Of a stretch of 64,000 bases of DNA, positions 1 to 9,501 are shown piece after piece. Below the pieces are notes generated by a model. The model searched no databases. It was not told the DNA's origin and saw only the letters and a program-made list of their open reading frames with translations. Both the position numbers and the translations under genes were made by a program. Source of the DNA: Polyangiales bacterium (lineage in GTDB: Bacteria; Myxococcota_A; Polyangia; Polyangiales; Polyangiaceae); NCBI GenBank assembly GCA_038231275.1, contig JBBRLQ010000013.1:1-64000 (forward strand). Direction: 5' to 3'. Position 1 is the stretch's first letter; each line of letters begins with the position of its first letter.

Positions 1-708
1 CAAGAAGTAGTACATGATGCCGAGAACGGGGGTCGTCAGAAAGAAGGCGACGGCGTTGTGGCCGTACCACCACTGCACCAACGCATCTTGGGCTCCGCCG
101 TAAATCGAATAGCTCTTCAATGCCGACACAGGGATCGCGAGGCTGTTGACGATGTGGAGCACCGCCACCGTGATGATGGTGGAGATGTAAAACCAGACCG
201 CAACGTACAGGTGCTTCTCGCGGCGCTTGGCGAGCGTCCAGAAAAAGTTGACCGCGAAGACGACCCACACGATGGCGATCGCGATGTCGATCGGCCACTC
301 GAGCTCCGCGTACTCCTTGCCCTGCGTGTAGCCGAGCGGCAACGTGACGGCGGCGGCGACGATGATGAGCTGCCATCCCCAGAAGTGAATGCTGGAGAGC
401 GTGTCCGAGGCGAGGCGCGCCTTCACGAGGCGCTGCGTGGAGTAGTAGATGCCGGCGAACATCATGTTGCCGACGAAGGCAAAAATGGCGGCGTTGGTAT
501 GGAGCGGGCGCAGGCGGCCGAAGCTCAGGAACGACGCCGCGTTTGCCGGATACCACGCCAGCTGGAGGGCGACGACGAACCCGACGAGCATCGCGACGAT
601 CGCGAAGATGACGCTCGCGGCGACGAAGCGGCGGGCGATGGCGTCGTTGTAGACGATGCGCTCCTGCCGGACGGGGCCGGTGTCGGGGGTGGCGATCTCA
701 GCGGTCAT
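1..708 (-). CDS. ccoN: cbb3-type cytochrome c oxidase subunit I (5' part; runs off the window start)
   Basis: Minus-strand translation from ATG at 708 (MTAEIATPDTG...) contains RLRPLHTNAAIFAF and DALVQWWYGHNAVAFFLTTPVLGIMYYF, hallmark CcoN motifs. Not in the ORF track because it is truncated. Confidence 0.95.
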   Translation of the reverse strand, partial: MTAEIATPDTGPVRQERIVYNDAIARRFVAASVIFAIVAMLVGFVVALQLAWYPANAASFLSFGRLRPLHTNAAIFAFVGNMMFAGIYYSTQRLVKARLASDTLSSIHFWGWQLIIVAAAVTLPLGYTQGKEYAELEWPIDIAIAIVWVVFAVNFFWTLAKRREKHLYVAVWFYISTIITVAVLHIVNSLAIPVSALKSYSIYGGAQDALVQWWYGHNAVAFFLTTPVLGIMYYFL

Positions 709-871
709 GGGGGCGCTCCGGGTTGGTTTCGGTGGACTCCTCTTCGAGGGGGAAGAGGGCGAGACGATCGGCGTGCTCGTGATCGCGGCGGCGTACGCTG
801 CTGGCGAACGCCAAAATCGAGATGACGACGAGGACGAGGCTGACGAAGATTTGGAGGGTCAGGACTTCCAA
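698..871 (-). CDS. ccoS: cbb3 oxidase maturation protein CcoS/FixS-like (57 aa)
   Basis: TTG start; (M)EVLTLQIFVSLVLVVISILAFASSVRRRDHEHADRLALFPLEEE has one TM helix and an acidic tail; lies between ccoI and ccoN and overlaps both. Confidence 0.8.
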   Translation of the reverse strand: MEVLTLQIFVSLVLVVISILAFASSVRRRDHEHADRLALFPLEEESTETNPERPHDR

Positions 872-3153
872 AGGGCGCTCCTTGGCGAGAGGGAGAAGGT
901 CGTCGCGAGCACCACGGTGATCGAGCTGACGGGCATCACGATCGCGCACACGAGGGGCGACAGGAGCCCCGCATAGGCCAGGCCGACGGTCAGGACGTTG
1001 TAGGCGACGGCGACGACGAGGTTGCGCCGCGTGACGCGATCGAGCGCGCGCGCGGCGCGGAGGGCGAGGCCGACGGGTCGGAGGCCTGGCGTCGTGAAGT
1101 AGAAGTCGGTGCGCGCCGGCATGAAGGGGCGGTCCACCGCCGGCGTGCCCGAGCAGAAGGCCTCCTCCACCGCGAGGCTGTCGTTGAGCCCGTCGCCGAT
1201 GACGAGCGTGTCGTCGCGATCGACGTCGCGCACGAACTGGAGCTTGTCGCTGGGCTTTCTGCCGCCGAGCGCGCGACCCGGCGGCAGCGCGACGCGATCG
1301 GCGAGGGCGTCGACGTTGGACGCGTCGTCGCCGCTCAGGATCCAAACGTCGTAGCCGCGTCGCGTGAGATCTTGGACCTCGCGTTTCGCGTCGGGCCGCA
1401 GTCGCTCGCGAAGCTTCAGGAGGCAGCGGGGCGCACCGTCGACGACGAACGCGACCTGGCCCGCCGGACCGGCGCCGACGGAGTAGACGTGGCCATCGAC
1501 GGTGACCTCGAGGCCATGGCCGGCGCGCTCGATCACCGCTGCGCCACGCTCGAAGCGGACGCCGCGCGGCTCGAGCGCGCGCGCGATCGCCTGGCTCTTG
1601 GGGTGACCGCTGCGCGCGGTGAGGTTGTAGAGAATGCGGCGATCCTCCGCCGACAGACCCTCGAGGATGGCTGCGTCGACGACCTCGAGCGCGCCCGTCG
1701 TCAGCGTCCCGGTCTTGTCGAAGACGACGCGGCGCACGTTCTTCGCGCGATCGAGGAAGCCGGCGGAGCGCACGAATAGGCCGTTTCGCCGCAGTCCAGC
1801 GTTGACGAGCTCGTACGCGAGGGGCGTCGCGATGCCGAACGCGCACGGGCAAGTCACGATCAGGACGCCGGCGGTGACCACCAGCGCGCGCTCGACGTCG
1901 CGCGTCGCTAGCCACCAGCCTACGAAGCCGATCACGGCGAGCGACAGGACTCCCATGACGTAAACCCGCGCGAAGGACTGCCACCACGGCGTGGCGCGTG
2001 CGGCGTCGCCGGGACGGGCGCCACGCAGGAGCGAGGCGACCGGCGATCCGGCCCACCCGGCTGTCGCGCGCAAAAGCACGGCGGACTCGCCGACGTTGAA
2101 TGCGCCGGCCGGCAGGGCCTCGCCCTTCGCGAACGGGCGCGGCGCGCTCTCCCCATCGATCCAGTCGAGCGAGCACGACGCGGCCTCGCCCTCGAGCGTG
2201 CCGGGAACGACCACGAGGTCGCCGGGCGCCACCAGGAGCTCGTCACCCTCTTCGATCTCGGTCGCCGGGACGATCGACACGACGCCGTCGACGAGGCGCC
2301 GTGTGAGCAGTCCGAGCGCGCCGTCGCTCTCGAGGAGCATCCGTCGATTCTTCTCGACCATCCGCTCCTGAAGGAGCCGGCCGACGAGCATGAGCGCGAT
2401 GAAGACGCTCAGCGTGTCGAAGTAGGTGCCGGCGCCGCGCACGACGTACGCGTACGCGGAGCCGGCGTACGCGAGGGCGATGCCGAGCGCGATCGGGACG
2501 TCGAGGTGGAGGACGCGCCTCCGGATGGCCTGCCACGCCGAGCGGAAGAACACCGTGCCGCCGACGATGACCGAGAGCGTCTCCAGCGCGAAGTTGAGCG
2601 CGCCGAAGAGTCGGAAGAGCGGGCCTTCGCGGAGGCCCGCGTAGACCGCGACCGAGAAGATCATCGTGTTCATCGCGATCGCGACGCAGACGCCGATGCG
2701 CGTCAGCAGGTCGCCGGGCGGCGCGCGATCGTCCTTGAGCGACGGGCCGACCGCGTACCCGAAGCGCTCGACGTCGACGACGAAGTCACGGAGCGAGAAC
2801 GCGCCGGTGACCGAGAGGTCCATCTTGCCGAGGGCAGGGTTCACGACGATCGAGAGGGCGCCCTCGTGGCGGCGGAACAGCTGCTCGAAGAGCCACACGC
2901 ACGCGGCGCACTGGATGCCCTGCACGTCGAGCGTCATCCGCGGGGATTGCGCCAGCACCTCGAGCCACTTGTGATCGCGGGCGCGCGCCTCGGTCGCCGG
3001 CAACCCGACGTCGCCGCGCAGGTCGTAGTAACGGCCGAGGCCCTCGCCGCGCAGAAGACCGTAGACCGCTTCGCAGCCGCTGCAGCAGAACGTGTCGCCG
3101 GGGTCGCACGACGATCCGCAGTGGAGGCATGCGGCGATGGCCGACGGCATCAT
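859..3153 (-). CDS. ccoI: Heavy-metal (Cu) P1B-type ATPase, CcoI/FixI type
   Basis: N-terminal CLHC...FCCSGC, HMA-like CAAC, transmembrane CPC, phosphorylation motif DKTGTLT and GDGLND. True start taken at MMPSAIAAC, not the ORF-track start at 4224. Confidence 0.92.
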   Translation of the reverse strand: MMPSAIAACLHCGSSCDPGDTFCCSGCEAVYGLLRGEGLGRYYDLRGDVGLPATEARARDHKWLEVLAQSPRMTLDVQGIQCAACVWLFEQLFRRHEGALSIVVNPALGKMDLSVTGAFSLRDFVVDVERFGYAVGPSLKDDRAPPGDLLTRIGVCVAIAMNTMIFSVAVYAGLREGPLFRLFGALNFALETLSVIVGGTVFFRSAWQAIRRRVLHLDVPIALGIALAYAGSAYAYVVRGAGTYFDTLSVFIALMLVGRLLQERMVEKNRRMLLESDGALGLLTRRLVDGVVSIVPATEIEEGDELLVAPGDLVVVPGTLEGEAASCSLDWIDGESAPRPFAKGEALPAGAFNVGESAVLLRATAGWAGSPVASLLRGARPGDAARATPWWQSFARVYVMGVLSLAVIGFVGWWLATRDVERALVVTAGVLIVTCPCAFGIATPLAYELVNAGLRRNGLFVRSAGFLDRAKNVRRVVFDKTGTLTTGALEVVDAAILEGLSAEDRRILYNLTARSGHPKSQAIARALEPRGVRFERGAAVIERAGHGLEVTVDGHVYSVGAGPAGQVAFVVDGAPRCLLKLRERLRPDAKREVQDLTRRGYDVWILSGDDASNVDALADRVALPPGRALGGRKPSDKLQFVRDVDRDDTLVIGDGLNDSLAVEEAFCSGTPAVDRPFMPARTDFYFTTPGLRPVGLALRAARALDRVTRRNLVVAVAYNVLTVGLAYAGLLSPLVCAIVMPVSSITVVLATTFSLSPRSALWKS

Positions 3154-3241
3154 GCGCACGCCGGACAGGTCGAGGTCGTGTGCGCCTCCGTCCTCTACCT
3201 TGCGTGCTGTGGGAAGTGCGCTCACGGGATTCCGGCCATCG

Positions 3242-3257
3242 AGCAAGGCGCGTGCCT
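3242..3257 (-). promoter_or_regulatory. sigma54 (-24/-12) promoter candidate for ccoI-ccoS-ccoN
   Basis: Minus strand reads AGGCACGCGCCTTGCT, i.e. GG-N10-GC, nearly the TGGCACG-N4-TTGCW consensus, about 90 nt upstream of ccoI. Confidence 0.65.
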
Positions 3258-3510
3258 CGACCGACCGGGCGCCTGATTGGCGAAAATTCACGCGCCGGGG
3301 CGCGGCCCTTGCGACCCCACGAACGTCTTGCGCCGACCTCCTGGCGCCCGACGCGTGTGAGATCCTGAGCGCTCGGGATGAACCCTCGCCGGCTCCATCC
3401 AGCCAAATGGCCGAGCGCGTGACCGGCTCCAAACGCTGCAGACTTTGCACAGCGGCGCACCTCGTGCGCGGGCCGCCCGCTGCGACGCGGCCGTGCAAGA
3501 GGTTCACGCC

Positions 3511-3526
3511 GGGCACGGAGCTCGCA
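3511..3526 (+). promoter_or_regulatory. sigma54 promoter candidate for the CBS-hemerythrin-CBS operon
   Basis: GGGCACGGAGCTCGCA, GG-N10-GC spacing, 14 nt upstream of ATG 3541; a weaker match than the divergent site. Confidence 0.4.
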
Positions 3527-3540
3527 GCGAAAAGCTGGCA

Positions 3541-4254
3541 ATGCGGGTGGAGCGCGTTCCCATTCGGACGACGGTGCACCTCACGCCAGGAGGCGAGCGC
3601 CGCCGCACCCTCTCGGTCTACTGCCCGTTCCAAGGGCGGACGTTCCCCGCCCAGGTCTGCCACGACTGCGCGCGGTTGGTCACGTGGGCGGAGGACGCGG
3701 ATGCGTGCGGCGCCCACATCGTCTGCGCCTCCGACGCGGAGCCGCCCGAAATGCGCGTCGTCGCGATGCGCTTCGGAGACCGTGCAGCGGGCCGCTTCGA
3801 GGAGATCAGCGCCCGCACTCCCATCGGTCTGGTGATGGCCGCGACCTTCACGACCGCCCACGCCGACCTCGAGCTCGAGGAGCTTCGCCAACACGTCGGC
3901 GCCTCGACGGGGCGCGTGCTGCCGGTGGTCGACGACGACGGCACGCTCCTGGGGATCGTGTCGGCGGACCGGCTTCGTCCGAGCACGCCGCCGCCGCCGT
4001 CGCGCGCCGCGTTGAGCGAGCTCCTCGCGAGGCTCGTTCCGGCCAGGGTGCGCGAAGTGATGACCGGCCACGTCGTGGTCTTCCCCGAGACCGGGCGCGT
4101 CCGCGACGCCCTGAATGCGATGCTCGTCGAGCGGGTGCGGTACTTGCCAATCGTGTCCGACGAAGGGGTGGTCGTCGGCTTGGTATGGGACTTGGATCTC
4201 TTGTCGTGGCTGGCGCGGATGCACCGCGCGAGTCCAGAGGAGGGAAGCCTATGA
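3541..4254 (+). CDS. CBS-pair protein with N-terminal 4-Cys domain
   Basis: Two CBS motifs (LPVVDDDGTLLGIVS, LPIVSDEGVVVGLVWDLDLL) preceded by C-x11-C-x2-C-x18-C. Confidence 0.85.
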   Translation: MRVERVPIRTTVHLTPGGERRRTLSVYCPFQGRTFPAQVCHDCARLVTWAEDADACGAHIVCASDAEPPEMRVVAMRFGDRAAGRFEEISARTPIGLVMAATFTTAHADLELEELRQHVGASTGRVLPVVDDDGTLLGIVSADRLRPSTPPPPSRAALSELLARLVPARVREVMTGHVVVFPETGRVRDALNAMLVERVRYLPIVSDEGVVVGLVWDLDLLSWLARMHRASPEEGSL

Positions 4255-4667
4255 TCAGCCGAGAAGACGGCGACCGACTGAGGCGAGAGCACCGCCAGCT
4301 TCGCGTCCTCCTCGCGCGCCTCGAAGAGTCGGGGGCGCGGGTTCTAGGCGAGATCCCGGGCGGCCTCGGTGATCTGAGAGAGGCGGTCCGCGAGCTCGAT
4401 GTCTCGTTCCGCGCGCACCTCTTGACGGAGGAGACCGCGCTGGTACCCCTCCTCTCCCCTGCCGCGCTCGCGCGGCTCCACGAAGAGCACACTGCGCAGC
4501 GCGCCGCGCTCGCCGCGATTTCGTACGAGGCCGAGCTCGACACCAAGCCGCCCACGCGCCTCGCCGACGACGCGCTGTGGCTCGTTCGTGGGCTCTTGCG
4601 CGACATGCACGACGAAGACGCTGCGCTCGACGCGCTCTCGGTCTCGCACGAAGGGGGGGAGCGATGA
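4251..4667 (+). CDS. Hemerythrin/HHE cation-binding domain protein
   Basis: LRREHRQL, HLLTEE, LHEEHTAQR and DMHDED give a hemerythrin-like ligand pattern; ATGA overlaps with both neighbours. Confidence 0.8.
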   Translation: MISREDGDRLRREHRQLRVLLARLEESGARVLGEIPGGLGDLREAVRELDVSFRAHLLTEETALVPLLSPAALARLHEEHTAQRAALAAISYEAELDTKPPTRLADDALWLVRGLLRDMHDEDAALDALSVSHEGGER

Positions 4668-5377
4668 GCGCCCCGCGACGGACACGCCACGCGCTCACGG
4701 AGTTCTTGCCGCGACGCCAACCCATCTCCACGCCGGCACCCGAGCCTCAGACGGTCCCCATTTCCCGACGCGACCTCGTCGGCTCGCGCGATCCGCGAAC
4801 GTCGCTCGACGTGTTCTGCCCTTCGCAAGAGGCGACGGTGAGCGTCGATCGCTGCGCCGAGTGCGGATTCCTCGAGACCTTGCCCGCCGATCGCACGACG
4901 CCTCACGCCGCCCTGCGCTGCGCCCCTCCCGACATGAAGGCACGACGCGACGCGCGACGCTCGTCGCGGATCGACATGGCCGAGGCGGCCGCGCGCGTCC
5001 CGTTGGGCGAGCTCGTTCGCCGAGACCTCGTTTGCGTGACGGCCGACACCCGGCTGGAGAAGCTCCTCTCGCTGATGACCGAGCACGGCCTCGACGGCGT
5101 TCCGGTCGTCGACCTCGAGTGGCGACCGCTCGGCATCGTGACGACGACGGACCTGGCATTGAACGACGGCTCCGACGGCACCGTGGGCGACGTCATGAGT
5201 CCCTGCTCACATTGGCTCCCCGAGGACGCGCCGCTGTCACACGCGGTCTCGCTGATGGCGACCGAGTCCATCCACCACGTGCCGATCCTCACACGCGAGG
5301 GGACGGTCATCGGGATGGTCACGTCGCTCGACTGCATGCGCTGGATGGCGCGCGAGATGGGCTACTCCGCGGGCTGA
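4664..5377 (+). CDS. CBS-pair protein with N-terminal 4-Cys domain (paralog of 3541-4254)
   Basis: VPVVDLEWRPLGIVTTTDL, TVGDVMS and HHVPILTREGTVIGMVTSLD; same Cys spacing at the N-terminus. Confidence 0.85.
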   Translation: MSAPRRTRHALTEFLPRRQPISTPAPEPQTVPISRRDLVGSRDPRTSLDVFCPSQEATVSVDRCAECGFLETLPADRTTPHAALRCAPPDMKARRDARRSSRIDMAEAAARVPLGELVRRDLVCVTADTRLEKLLSLMTEHGLDGVPVVDLEWRPLGIVTTTDLALNDGSDGTVGDVMSPCSHWLPEDAPLSHAVSLMATESIHHVPILTREGTVIGMVTSLDCMRWMAREMGYSAG

Positions 5378-5384
5378 GCGGCGT

Positions 5385-7262
5385 TCAAGACTTGCGCGCG
5401 GCCGGGCCAGCGATTCGCACGTCTCCCTGACGGCGCGTGATTCCCTGCGTGTCGAGCCACTCGAGGAGCGGGATGGCGTATTTTCGCGAGAGGCCGCCGG
5501 CGAGCTCCTTGAAGGCGCCGGGGGTCAGCGCCGTCGCGCTCGCGAAGTGGGCGGCGACGCGGAGCTTGAGCGCGTCGAGGGCGGCGCCGTCGAAATGGAG
5601 CCCGCCGCCGAGCGCGCGCAACGTGCCCGCGCGCTTCAGCTCGACGAGGGTGTCGCGGAAGGGGCGAGCGTCGAGCGTCGCCGCCACGCGGGCCTCCTCG
5701 TCGAGCGGCGGCGCGAGGCCTGCCGCGGCGTAAATTCGCGCCACCCGCTCCAGCGCCGCCGGATCGAATCCTCCGCGCGCGGCGTCGCGGACGACGGCGC
5801 CGGTCTGCGCCAGCGTGCCGTTGGCGACGAGAGAGGCGATCGCGGCGGGCACGAGCGCGCGGAGGCGCGGCGGAACCTGCGTCTCGACTTCGGCGGTCAG
5901 GATTCCTCCCGCGTGCGGCCGCGCCGCGTGCAGCGCGCGAACGCTCCCCGTCACCGCGCGCGTCGCCTCGCTCCCCAGCGTCGCCGAGTAGAGCTTGCCG
6001 CCCGCCTCGAGCGCCGCACCGGACGCCACCAGCGCCGCGGCTTCACGCGCGACGTCCCGATCCGGCGGCAACCGGCGCGCGAGCTCCGCGACGTCGATCC
6101 CGGCATACCGCGCCTCGTCGACCATGGCGCGCACCGTGCTGTCCGCTCCTGGCACCTTGCCGCGCGTCGTGCGCGGGTGCGGATCGCGCACGACGCCTCC
6201 GCCGATCGTACGGTCTCGCCCGCGTTCGGCGCGTCGAACGACGAACGGCTGCCCGGCGTACGCGGCGATCGGGGCATCGAGACGCACGCGGGCGACACCA
6301 CGCGCTCCGGGAGCGAGCGCGTCGGCGCCGAGGACAGAGAGGTGCGCCGGCACGCCGACGGTCCCGACGTGGAACATGACCGCGGCGCGGCGCGGCAGCC
6401 CCTTCGAGGAGGCGAGGAGATGAAGATCGACCTCGACCCACCGCGTTGGAGCTTGCCAGCCGGCCGACGCGACGACGGCGCCGCGCGCCACGCTCCCCTC
6501 CCCTTCTCCGACCACGTTGACGGCGACGCGCAAAGCAGCCGCGGCAGATGCGACCGCGGCCCCGTGCACGTGGAGCCCGCGAACGCGCGCGGTCGCGACG
6601 TCGCCGTGCGCGGTCGGGAGGATTGCGACCGCATCGCCGACCGACAGCGTCCCGCGCGCGAGCGTCCCCGTCGCGACCGTGCCCGCGCCGGCCTTCGAGA
6701 AAACACGGTCGATCGCAAGATACGCGGGCCCTTTGACGGCTCGCAGCGATGATGCGCCTGCGGCCTTCGCTACCGCCGCGGCGAGCGCGTCGAGGCCGCT
6801 TCGTGCGCGGACCGACGTCCGCACGACCTGCGCCTCCGCGAGGAACGTTCCGCGCGTCGCCGCACGCACGTCCTCTTCGACGAGGGCGAGCGTCTCCTCG
6901 TCGCCCAGATCGCTCTTCGTGATCGCGACGACCCCCGCGCGAACCCCGAGCAGCGCGCATACGTCGAGGTGCTCGCGCGTCTGGGGCATCACGCCGTCGT
7001 CGGCGGCGACGCACAGGACGACGAGATCGATCCCGGTGGCTCCCGCCACCATCGTGCGAACGAACTTCTCGTGCCCCGGAACGTCCACGACGCTCGCGTC
7101 GAGCGACGGCGATACGCGCCACGACGCGAAGCCCAGCTCCAGCGTGATTCCCCGCGCTTTCTCCTCGGGGAGGCGATCGCAGTTCGTGCCGGTGAGCGCC
7201 TCCACGAGCGAGGTCTTGCCGTGATCGACGTGCCCCGCGGTCCCGACGACGACGTGCCTCAT
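5385..7262 (-). CDS. selB: Selenocysteine-specific elongation factor
   Basis: GTAGHVDHGKT, DVPGHEKFV, TKSD and C-terminal winged-helix SRKYAIPLLEWLD; adjacent to selA. Confidence 0.97.
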   Translation of the reverse strand: MRHVVVGTAGHVDHGKTSLVEALTGTNCDRLPEEKARGITLELGFASWRVSPSLDASVVDVPGHEKFVRTMVAGATGIDLVVLCVAADDGVMPQTREHLDVCALLGVRAGVVAITKSDLGDEETLALVEEDVRAATRGTFLAEAQVVRTSVRARSGLDALAAAVAKAAGASSLRAVKGPAYLAIDRVFSKAGAGTVATGTLARGTLSVGDAVAILPTAHGDVATARVRGLHVHGAAVASAAAALRVAVNVVGEGEGSVARGAVVASAGWQAPTRWVEVDLHLLASSKGLPRRAAVMFHVGTVGVPAHLSVLGADALAPGARGVARVRLDAPIAAYAGQPFVVRRAERGRDRTIGGGVVRDPHPRTTRGKVPGADSTVRAMVDEARYAGIDVAELARRLPPDRDVAREAAALVASGAALEAGGKLYSATLGSEATRAVTGSVRALHAARPHAGGILTAEVETQVPPRLRALVPAAIASLVANGTLAQTGAVVRDAARGGFDPAALERVARIYAAAGLAPPLDEEARVAATLDARPFRDTLVELKRAGTLRALGGGLHFDGAALDALKLRVAAHFASATALTPGAFKELAGGLSRKYAIPLLEWLDTQGITRRQGDVRIAGPAARKS

Positions 7263-7274
7263 CGTTTCATCGCC

Positions 7275-8648
7275 TCATCCCGTGCCCTGGACCGCGTTCG
7301 CCGCCGCGACGAGCGCGACAGTGAGTCGCTCGTCGTCTACGGGAGACACGGCGCGCAGGTCGAGGAAGACGGCGCCGTCATCGATGCGTCCAACGACCGG
7401 CGGAGCTCCCGCCCGCAGCGCCGCGGCCAGCGCGTTCGCGTCGTTGGTCGGGACCCGAACCGCGCGGCTCTCGATCTCCCGCGTCGGCGCCGCGCCTCCG
7501 CCCACGCGTGAGACGGACGGGGCGACCTCGGCGACGATCCCGCTCGCGCGCGCGGCCTCGACGATGCGCGCGGCGCGGCCTTCCAGAGACGCGACGGTCT
7601 GCTCGAGCATGCGCACCACCGGGATCCGCTCCGGCGCGTCGCGCCACAGGCGTAGCGTCGCGGCGAGCGCGGCGAGGCACGTCTTGTCCGGCCGCACGGC
7701 GCGCATTAGAGGATGGCGTCGCATGCGCTCGACCAGCGCCTTCTTCCCGACGACGATTCCAGTCTGCGGACCGCCGAGGAGCTTGTCGCCGGAGAACGTC
7801 ACCACGTCCGCCCCCGCCGCGACGAACGAGGCCACGGTCGGCTCGCCCGCGGCCGTCTCGCGAAGCGCGCCCGAGCCGGCGTCGTACACGACGGGGATCC
7901 CGCGCGCGTGACCGATCACCGCGAGCTCGCCGAGCTCGACGTCGCGCGTGAAGCCCACGATCGCGAAGTTCGATCGGTGCACCTTCATGAGGAGGGCAGT
8001 CTCCTCGCCGATCGCGCGTTCGTAGTCGGCGGGGTGCGTTCGGTTGGTCGTGCCCACCTCGACGAGACGCGCGCCCGATTGCCGAAGGACGTCGGGGATG
8101 CGAAACCCGCCGCCGATCTCGACGAGCTCGCCTCGACTCACGACGACCTCACGTCCCGTCGCGAGCGCCGCGAGGACGAGGAGCACCGCCGCCGCGTTGT
8201 TGTTCACGACGAGCGCGTCCTCGGCCAAGGTCAGCTCGCGCAGCAGCGCCGTCGCGTGGACGCTGCGCTCGCCGCGCGCGCCGGCGTCGAGATCGTACTC
8301 GAGCGTCGCGTACCCGGCGCCGATCTCGCCCATCGCCGCGATGGCCTCGGCCGCCAGCGGCGCCCGCCCGAGGTTGGTGTGCACGATGACGCCTGTGGCG
8401 TTCAGCACCGGCCGCAACGTCCCGGCGCCGGCACGCGCCACGCGCGCCTCGACGTCCTCGTCGGACACCGCCGCCTCACGCCCCGCGAAGATGGATGCGC
8501 GCGCGTCGGCGATGGCGTCACGCACTGCGCCGGTCACCGCCGCGCGCCCGTGCGCCTCCGCCAGAGCGACGACGCGTGGGCGGCCGAGCACGGCCGTCAC
8601 CGCCGGCAGCCCACGCAACCGCGGCTCGAGGTCGCTGCTGTCCGCCAT
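7275..8648 (-). CDS. selA: L-seryl-tRNA(Sec) selenium transferase
   Basis: NATGVIVHTNLGRAP, VNNNAAA, SRGELVEIGGGFRIPD, EVGTTNRT and FSGDKLLGGPQ (PLP Lys). Confidence 0.97.
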   Translation of the reverse strand: MADSSDLEPRLRGLPAVTAVLGRPRVVALAEAHGRAAVTGAVRDAIADARASIFAGREAAVSDEDVEARVARAGAGTLRPVLNATGVIVHTNLGRAPLAAEAIAAMGEIGAGYATLEYDLDAGARGERSVHATALLRELTLAEDALVVNNNAAAVLLVLAALATGREVVVSRGELVEIGGGFRIPDVLRQSGARLVEVGTTNRTHPADYERAIGEETALLMKVHRSNFAIVGFTRDVELGELAVIGHARGIPVVYDAGSGALRETAAGEPTVASFVAAGADVVTFSGDKLLGGPQTGIVVGKKALVERMRRHPLMRAVRPDKTCLAALAATLRLWRDAPERIPVVRMLEQTVASLEGRAARIVEAARASGIVAEVAPSVSRVGGGAAPTREIESRAVRVPTNDANALAAALRAGAPPVVGRIDDGAVFLDLRAVSPVDDERLTVALVAAANAVQGTG

Positions 8649-8758
8649 CGGACGAAACGGTACCTCGCCTCGACGACACGGCACAGTCCCACTGTGCAGC
8701 CGTACCCCGGCCGCGACTGTACCTGTCCGTCGCGGCCGTTCCCCGGAATCCTCGAGGG

Positions 8759-9466
8759 ATGCCCACCAAGACCATCGGCATCGTCGGCGGGATGAGCCCG
8801 GAGTCGACGGTGCTCTACTACCAGACGATCGTGCGCCGTCACTTCGCCGAGCGCGGCGATCATTTCTATCCGCGAATCGTGCTGGCGAGCGTGTCGTTCG
8901 GGCGCTACGTCGAGCTTCAACACGTCGGCGACTGGGCCGCGCTCGCCGAGGGTCTCGCCGCCGAGCTCCGCGCCCTCACCGCCGCAGGCGCCGACTTCGC
9001 GCTCGTCGCCTCGAACACGATGCACAAGGTCCTCCCCGACGCGCGCTCGGCTCTCTCGGTGCTGAGCGTGTTCGACGCCGTCGCGCGTGAGGCCAGGCGG
9101 CTCGGCGTCAGGCGCCTCGGCCTGACCGGCACGCGGTTCACGATGGCGGATGGCTTCTACGCGCGCGGCCTCGCGTCGCGCGGGCTCGAGATCGTCGTGC
9201 CCGAGGCGGCGGAGCAAGAGGAGATCCATCGCATCATCTACGAGGAGCTCATCGGCGGCCGCATCGTCCCGTCGTCGAGGACGCGCCTGACGGAGATCGC
9301 CCGCGCGCTCTCCGCGCGAGGCGCCGAAGCCCTGCTCCTGGGCTGCACCGAGCTCGAAATCCTGATGGCCGGGGCCGCGCTCGAGATGCCGCTCTTGCCG
9401 ACCGCTGCGCTGCACGCGAACCTGGCGTGGGAGATCGCGGTGGGCGAGGTGACGGGTCTGCTCTGA
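8759..9466 (+). CDS. Aspartate/glutamate racemase family protein (YgeA/RacX-like)
   Basis: KTIGIVGGMSPEST, SNTMH, LGLTGTRFTM and LLGCTEL motifs. Confidence 0.9.
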   Translation: MPTKTIGIVGGMSPESTVLYYQTIVRRHFAERGDHFYPRIVLASVSFGRYVELQHVGDWAALAEGLAAELRALTAAGADFALVASNTMHKVLPDARSALSVLSVFDAVAREARRLGVRRLGLTGTRFTMADGFYARGLASRGLEIVVPEAAEQEEIHRIIYEELIGGRIVPSSRTRLTEIARALSARGAEALLLGCTELEILMAGAALEMPLLPTAALHANLAWEIAVGEVTGLL

Positions 9467-9473
9467 GGCTCCG

Positions 9474-9501
9474 GCACGATGACGCCAGCACGATGACGCC
9501 A
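9474..9501. repeat. Perfect 14-bp tandem duplication GCACGATGACGCCA x2
   Basis: Read directly at 9474-9487 and 9488-9501. Confidence 0.9.

Noticed and set aside
3154..3540. FNR/CRP box upstream of the cbb3 operon
   Set aside because: No adequate TTGAT-N4-ATCAA or TGTGA-N6-TCACA match was seen.
3154..4224. ORF-track 1121-aa version of ccoI
   Set aside because: The N-terminal extension is antisense to the CBS gene and spans the promoter region; CcoI homology starts at 3153.
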